Of a stretch of 60,974 bases of DNA, positions 58,431-60,974 are shown in pieces. The notes beneath the pieces were generated by a model. The model was not told the origin of the DNA, searched no databases, and was given only the letters and a program-made list of their open reading frames with translations. A program made the position numbers and the translations under genes. The stretch covers positions 1-60,974 of IMG/VR virus record IMGVR_UViG_3300043775_003665; one strand, given 5' to 3'. The DNA is from a virus (Duplodnaviria > Caudoviricetes). Numbering within the stretch: the first letter of the stretch is position 1; each line of letters begins with the position of its first letter.

Positions 58431-58435
58431 GGCTA
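58180..58435. repeat. Tandem array of TTG(A)-initiated units (10-bp, then 12-14-bp)
   Basis: ttgaaataca / ttgaatattg / ttgatatgca units at a 10-bp period from 58180, then ttgagccgggca- and ttgatcctggaca-type units. Confidence 0.9.
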
Positions 58436-59116
58436 TTTAAACTTGGGAGAGTTGAATCTGGGAGAGTTGAACTTTACGTTAGGGCTAGTGACCTTGGGAC
58501 TATTGAGCACTTTTGGTTTATATGCTGGACCAAAGTCCTGATCAGGTGCCTTATAAGGTCCTGTAGTATCTTTTTTATCGAAACTGGAAATAGGAAAAGG
58601 GGCTGGTTCCTTTACCTTATTATTACTATTATTATAGGGGTACATTTTATCCCTTCTGATAGGTTGTGCCTCGGGTTGTTTTTGTATATCGGGTTCGGGT
58701 GTATTATGCCCATAATCCCTATCTGGTGCTGGATGATCCCCTCCTGTTTTATCACCTATCATACTGGACATTTGAGAATCTATTAGTGATTCTTTAAACC
58801 CTTTAGATTTTGGTGGTTGGGTGTTTGCTAATTCCTTTTCTGTAGGTGCTGTTGGGGCCTGGTCCTCTGCTGATACTGTTTGAGTATCATATTGAATCTT
58901 GGATGACTCTCCAGATTGTGTCTTACGGGCACTATCGGTGGTTGCCTTATTACCCTGTTGGGCCTGTCCATTTATATCGGCTCCTGCCCTATTAATCCCT
59001 CCTACATCTGGAGGAGATATCGAACTGTCGCCTGGGGAAGGGTTAATATCACTTGGTACTGCTGAGGTATCGGTTGCATTCGGAGATGTTTTAGCAGCAT
59101 TGACCCTGTCCGCCAT
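58433..59116 (-). CDS. Low-complexity, probably disordered protein with C-terminal SP(K/R/N) repeats
   Basis: Likely start MADRV at 59116, 1 bp after an upstream small ORF (track start 59143); P/S/D/Q-rich; ends NSPKVTSPNVKFNSPRFNSPKFK. Confidence 0.6.
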   Translation of the reverse strand: MADRVNAAKTSPNATDTSAVPSDINPSPGDSSISPPDVGGINRAGADINGQAQQGNKATTDSARKTQSGESSKIQYDTQTVSAEDQAPTAPTEKELANTQPPKSKGFKESLIDSQMSSMIGDKTGGDHPAPDRDYGHNTPEPDIQKQPEAQPIRRDKMYPYNNSNNKVKEPAPFPISSFDKKDTTGPYKAPDQDFGPAYKPKVLNSPKVTSPNVKFNSPRFNSPKFK

Positions 59117-59117
59117 A

Positions 59118-59258
59118 CTAATCTGTGTTATACCTATCTGCATATAGTTTGTCCAGTTCCATTTGGAGCTTTCTGATTTTTTGGAAGTTATTAGGGTCCT
59201 CCAGTTTGGTTTCTAATATCTCCTTGTTAAGTTGAGCAATCCTTGATTCGATATCCAT
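59118..59258 (-). CDS. Small 46-aa helical protein (below the ORF-track cutoff)
   Basis: Hand translation MDIESRIAQLNKEILETKLEDPNNFQKIRKLQMELDKLYADRYNTD; fills the gap and has the late promoter motif at 59280-59288. Confidence 0.6.
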   Translation of the reverse strand: MDIESRIAQLNKEILETKLEDPNNFQKIRKLQMELDKLYADRYNTD

Positions 59259-59286
59259 GGGTAAGGTTTTAGTTATACCTTATATA

Positions 59287-59712
59287 TTAAGCAACTACTG
59301 GAACTTGGTAAGGAACATATGCTCTATCAGCCCAAGTCTTGGCTCCTACTGCAGTATATTGTGCCATATTATATAGGTTTGTATTTGAGTATATTTGGTT
59401 GATAGTACCTACTGTTAGGTGACCTAGGATGGTTTCGTCGATTATTACGATTTTGTTCCCTTTACGGGCGAAGATGGTTAACCATGTATCAAAACCATCT
59501 AGACAGAATTCAACCGTCTGTAAGGCACCTTTCTTATACCCTGTGATAATTGATTCTGGATGTTCCATAAAGTATGTGTTATCCCATTCTCTGGCATCGT
59601 TGATCGTCATGAACCCGGCTCTACACTTGGTGATGAATCTGAATTTCCCTTTTTGAAAGTCTTTTAAGTAGTTTACTGTGTTGATTCCGGCAATGTTTAC
59701 TAAATTTGTCAT
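59287..59712 (-). CDS. Hypothetical protein (putative early gene)
   Basis: 141 aa, downstream of an early-type promoter. Confidence 0.7.
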   Translation of the reverse strand: MTNLVNIAGINTVNYLKDFQKGKFRFITKCRAGFMTINDAREWDNTYFMEHPESIITGYKKGALQTVEFCLDGFDTWLTIFARKGNKIVIIDETILGHLTVGTINQIYSNTNLYNMAQYTAVGAKTWADRAYVPYQVPVVA

Positions 59713-59733
59713 AATGGTGTGTTTTTGTTATTA

Positions 59734-59800
59734 TTAGATATGTAAATATAATCAATTTCTATGAATCCGGAAACTGTTTTTGCAAAAAGTTATTAACAAT
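59734..59800 (-). promoter_or_regulatory. Early-type promoter (GTTTCC-N18-TATATTTAC) with TTGTTAATAACTTT element
   Basis: Same motif and spacing as the other copies. Confidence 0.7.
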
Positions 59801-59828
59801 TTTTTGTTCATAAGTATTTTGAGCCGCT

Positions 59829-59866
59829 GTTTCGGATATCGTTTAAATTGATTATATTTACATATG
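59829..59866 (+). promoter_or_regulatory. Early-type promoter (GTTTCG-N18-TATATTTAC), divergent
   Basis: gtttcg-gatatcgtttaaattgat-tatatttacatat. Confidence 0.65.
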
Positions 59867-59869
59867 AAA

Positions 59870-59995
59870 AATAACAATATGACATAACGCTCCCACGGGA
59901 AAAGAATCGAAAGATTCGACATGGGCGGTCCTTTAAACCAGGGGAGGAAGAGTAGACTCCGACCTGCTTTATAAAAAGATATAGGCCGCCACTAG
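59870..59995 (+). ncRNA. Candidate structured small RNA
   Basis: Has its own promoter and no ORF; GAATC-GAAA-GATTC hairpin and nested GGCGGtCCT/AGGCCGCC, CAGG/CCTG, GGAG/CTCC helices. Confidence 0.35.
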
Positions 59996-59997
59996 GA

Positions 59998-60079
59998 AAC
60001 TTTAACAAAACTTTAACACTTAAAAGTTTCCCCTTTTGAAACTATTGATTATATTTACATATCTAATTAAAACAAAGAA
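59998..60079 (+). promoter_or_regulatory. Early-type promoter cassette (TTAACA x2, GTTTCC-N18-TATATTTAC)
   Basis: 60045-60079 is identical (35 bp) to the reverse complement of part of the 44-kb cassettes. Confidence 0.75.
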
Positions 60080-60081
60080 CT

Positions 60082-60276
60082 ATGAAAATCACTATCAACA
60101 TCCTTCCAGCCCTAGGTTCCCTAATCGCGTTCGGGGTTACGTATCTCTTATTAACTGGAACCGCTCAAAAATTCGTACCGTTTGCTGGTACCCTTAATGA
60201 ATTTTCAACTGCTATGTGCACCACTATGATAGGTGTTGGATTACTCATCTGCTCATTCGAAAAAATTAACAAATAA
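60082..60276 (+). CDS. Small 2-TM membrane protein
   Basis: 64 aa with two hydrophobic helices; directly after a promoter cassette. Confidence 0.65.
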   Translation: MKITINILPALGSLIAFGVTYLLLTGTAQKFVPFAGTLNEFSTAMCTTMIGVGLLICSFEKINK

Positions 60277-60325
60277 TACTGAAACAAACCCAACTTTTAA
60301 TATATAAATCTAAAATCTTATAACT

Positions 60326-60974
60326 ATGGCAATTGCAACTCTTTCTAACTCATTAATCGAACAACGTAAAGTAGCTACATTGGAGGCTCAAAACCTTCGT
60401 AAGGTAGTACCTTTCCGCGATATCAATTTAATCGATGGAGAATCTATCGAATATAATGGTCAAAAAATCAATTTGACTCCAAACGCATTCAAAAACCTAC
60501 TAGGTCTATTAGGAATGTCAAATCAATTTGCAACCAAATTCGAAACCCTTTTTACTAAAGAGGCCAAGTCTCAGTTTATTAACACTATGAAAAATGCAAT
60601 GGCATCTAATAGTGGTAAACTTTCTGAAGTAACCCTTGTACTTAACCCTATTAGTAAATCGGTAGTGGCTATCACTAAGAAAGATCAATTTGGTATATCC
60701 AATCAACAATTCATGGGAGTTGCTGAGAATATCATCGATAACCACGGAATGGACGTAACTAACTGGTCAGTAGATCCAGGAACTGGTATAGTAACCATTA
60801 ATGCTTTTAACCCAAATGCAAACTTTGCAGTACAGGGTTTATCTAACGAGGTATTTACTGGAGGAGTTACCTTTAAGAACTCTCCTAAAGATGGTTTCCA
60901 AGTCCTTCCTTATATTAACCGTCAGTTTTGTACTAATGGTTTAACCACTGCTATGGCTGAGGAGTCTTATACTC
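60326..60974 (+). CDS. Partial DUF932-like protein (runs off window end)
   Basis: Hand translation MAIATLSNSLIEQRKVATLEAQNLRKVVPFRD...PYINRQFCTNGLTT; the R..CTNG motif is characteristic of DUF932-like proteins. Confidence 0.55.
   Translation, partial: MAIATLSNSLIEQRKVATLEAQNLRKVVPFRDINLIDGESIEYNGQKINLTPNAFKNLLGLLGMSNQFATKFETLFTKEAKSQFINTMKNAMASNSGKLSEVTLVLNPISKSVVAITKKDQFGISNQQFMGVAENIIDNHGMDVTNWSVDPGTGIVTINAFNPNANFAVQGLSNEVFTGGVTFKNSPKDGFQVLPYINRQFCTNGLTTAMAEESYT

Noticed and set aside
58180-58435. CRISPR array
   Set aside because: Units are 10-14-bp tandem repeats with no unique spacers, and no cas genes are present.
56900-58541. Short ORFs in the non-coding and repeat region (56900-57142, 57311-57505, 58119-58346, 58187-58423, 58359-58541)
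   Set aside because: Non-ATG starts or mere translations of DNA repeats, atypical composition and no promoter motif.
59890-59945. c-di-GMP-I riboswitch
   Set aside because: A GAAA-capped hairpin followed by GAC is superficially similar, but the conserved GCAAA junctions and tetraloop receptor are not evident.
59808-60745. Minus-strand ORFs 59808-60008 and 60518-60745
   Set aside because: They oppose plus-strand promoters and the DUF932-like gene, and have no recognisable motifs.
1-60974. Alternative genetic code (stop reassignment) or tRNA genes
   Set aside because: Genes tile densely under the standard code with TAA, TAG and TGA all used as stops; no cloverleaf was recognised in the short intergenic gaps.

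Overview
This window is a segment of a large, AT-rich, T4-like (contractile-tailed) phage genome read in the standard code. Its host is most likely a Bacteroidota (Flavobacteriia-like) bacterium, judging by the S1, ClpP and ClpC sequence signatures, A-rich starts without Shine-Dalgarno sites, and TAnnTTTN-type promoters. Nearly all genes lie on the minus strand, and the strand switches at about 59.8 kb. Bases 1-38.7 kb are a virion module: a spanin-like gene, three paralogous collagen-containing tail fibres with FISUMP/FN3/DUF1566 tips, a tail-collar protein, and baseplate and neck genes. An amidoligase, a capsid-targeted protein and a 4-domain ribosomal protein S1 are embedded in that module. 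Bases 38.7-56.9 kb carry accessory and metabolic genes: dCMP deaminase, UvsE, RNase HII, PhoH, DnaJ, a 3'-5' exonuclease, a double GT2 glycosyltransferase, ClpP, a T4-gp42-like dCMP-modifying thymidylate synthase homologue and ClpC. Bases 56.9-58.4 kb are non-coding and rich in palindromes and iteron-like repeats (candidate origin or terminus). The best candidate for an undescribed system is a phage-encoded Clp protease kit: a ClpC with no N-terminal domain, an intact ClpP, four small proteins ending in a UVR-like 'E(E/D/K)YE(K/R)C' hairpin that mimics the ClpC M-domain, a stand-alone 4-Cys Zn-finger gene and a DnaJ. Other highlights are a probable cytosine hypermodification pathway, terminator-promoter cassettes, a late promoter motif and a candidate structured ncRNA. 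All calls are by-eye motif recognition; no database searches were run.
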